A stretch of DNA of 38,659 bases from Octopus bimaculoides (Eukaryota), in contig NC_068995.1 of NCBI RefSeq assembly GCF_001194135.2, positions 40,514,194 to 40,552,852 on the forward strand, in the 5' to 3' direction. The translations under genes were made by a program, and so were the position numbers. Positions 36,837-38,659 of this stretch are shown in pieces. Within the stretch, counting starts at the first letter, position 1, and each line of letters opens with the position of its first letter. Below the pieces are notes generated by a model. It searched no databases. It was not told where the DNA came from and worked only from the letters and a program-made list of their open reading frames with translations.

Positions 36837-37979
36837 CCGACACATATGTATACATGTATGTATATACATATGAACATATACATATACATATTCACACACA
36901 CGCACACACGCACACACACGCACACACGCACACACACGCACACACATAGGATTACTTATGGAACAACCAGCTATAGATAGCTGTGTTCTAACGACAGACA
37001 GCAGAATTTTTTTACCAACATGAATCTAAGCCACACGCATTTATGCGAGATCGTTTTTCCTGTACTTACATTAACAGTTATGTTACCGATTGATTTTTCT
37101 GACCATTAGCATACAAGTCGACGGTTGGATAATATATTATATGTTATAATTAATGTTAAAGAATTCCTAGGAACGCAATTTATTGCTTATCGTGTAAGTC
37201 ACACTTCCTATTTTCGCTTCTTTTCAATTTAGATATTTATTCTGGAAATGGAATTTAGGGCAAGTTGGAATTTCAGCTCCGGAGCAACGTTCAAAATGGA
37301 AAATAAGTTGGAGGATTCCTTAACGCGTACAAAAATATACATTATTAAAAGAAGAAAAAAAAAAACAGTTGTGNNNNNNNNNNNNNNNNNNNNNNNNNNN
37401 NNNNNNNNNNNNNNNNNNNNNNNNNNNNNNNNNNNNNNNNNNNNNNNNNNNNNNNNNNNNNNNNNNNNNNNNNNNNNNNNNNNNNNNNNNNNNNNNNNNN
37501 NNNNNNNNNNNNNNNNNNNNNNNNNNNNNNNNNNNNNNNNNNNNNNNNNNNNNNNNNNNNNNNNNNNNNNNNNNNNNNNNNNNNNNNNNNNNNNNNNNNN
37601 NNNNNNNNNNNNNNNNNNNNNNNNNNNNNNNNNNNNNNNNNNNNNNNNNNNNNNNNNNNNNNNNNNNNNNNNNNNNNNNNNNNNNNNNNNNNNNNNNNNN
37701 NNNNNNNNNNNNNNNNNNNNNNNNNNNNNNNNNNNNNNNNNNNNNNNNNNNNNNNNNNNNNNNNNNNNNNNNNNNNNNNNNNNNNNNNNNNNNNNNNNNN
37801 NNNNNNNNNNNNNNNNNNNNNNNNNNNNNNNNNNNNNNNNNNNNNNNNNNNNNNNNNNNNNNNNNNNNNNNNNNNNNNNNNNNNNNNNNNNNNNNNNNNN
37901 NNNNNNNNNNNNNNNNNNNNNNNNNNNNNNNNNNNNNNNNNNNNNNNNNNNNNNNNNNNNNNNNNNNNNNNNNNNNNNN

Positions 37980-38230
37980 GGGACTAGTCGATTACATCGA
38001 CTCCAGTATTTCACTGGTACTTAATTTATTGACCAATCTAAATCCCTGCCTGTCTGTCTGTCTGTCTGTTTGTCTGCCTGCCAGCGCTCAACTGGTAATT
38101 ACTTTATCGTTACCTGAAAGAGATGAAAGGCAAAGTCGGCTCCAACGGAATTTGAACTCAGAACGCAAAGACGGACGCAATGTTAAGCATTTCGCCCAGC
38201 GACCTAACGTTTCTGCCATCTCGCCGCCTT
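37980..38230 (-). mobile_element. SINE family C (rearranged; contains a (TGTC)n insert)
   Basis: gatgaaaggcaaagtcggctccaacggaatttgaactcagaacg...ctaacgtttctgccatctcgccgcc. Confidence 0.8.
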
Positions 38231-38491
38231 GCTGTAATTATTCTTTTAAAAACGATGGGATGGCCACCGTTGAGACGGCTTTAAAATAGTTGGTTATTTA
38301 ATATATATATATACAACATATCGTCCGATGCTTAAAACATTAGACTTTATTAAATCTCAGATGACCCACCCCACCATACTACCATCTTTATGAAGCAGAA
38401 AATTCTGGAAAAGCTATTAAATTTCATCAACGTTACTACTGTAACGTTAAGGTTAAATTTAGTACCTTAATCATGATCGGAAGCTTTAATT

Positions 38492-38550
38492 CTGTGGTTT
38501 TCAACTAGGATCCATATGGTCATTCGGGGTCCGGATTTTGTTGCTAAAGT
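38492..38550. mobile_element. End fragment of the hAT MITE family
   Basis: ctgtggttttcaactaggatccat...ggggtccg matches 35377-35420. Confidence 0.6.
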
Positions 38551-38615
38551 TTATGACCAATAAAGTGGTTATAACTCTTCTATACACAATATTTTAACAT
38601 TGAAAGAATCCCGTC

Positions 38616-38659
<44 letters not shown>

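Overview
Gappy, AT-rich draft-assembly window from an animal genome. The SINE families and microsatellite load look like octopus, but that is inferred from recognising the repeats and was not verified. No intact host protein-coding gene is recognisable; nearly all listed ORFs are translations of microsatellites or run through the 12 N gaps. The window is a mosaic of tRNA-derived SINEs from 3-4 families (many copies, some tandem, some with target-site duplications), decayed LINE fragments (RTE-type RT, CR1/Jockey-like), mariner and hAT transposase remnants, mariner- and hAT-type MITEs, microsatellites and a 19-bp minisatellite. The most interesting signal is a non-coding ~350-bp repeat unit at 7830-8516. 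It is arranged as a partial tandem plus a divergent inverted copy and carries a type I hammerhead ribozyme with an intact catalytic core (8336-8384), as expected for a retrozyme or Penelope-like terminal repeat. A second divergent inverted repeat (18406-19004) and about seven other spots carry decayed hammerhead-like motifs, which suggests several ribozyme-bearing repeat families. All alignments and folds were done by eye.
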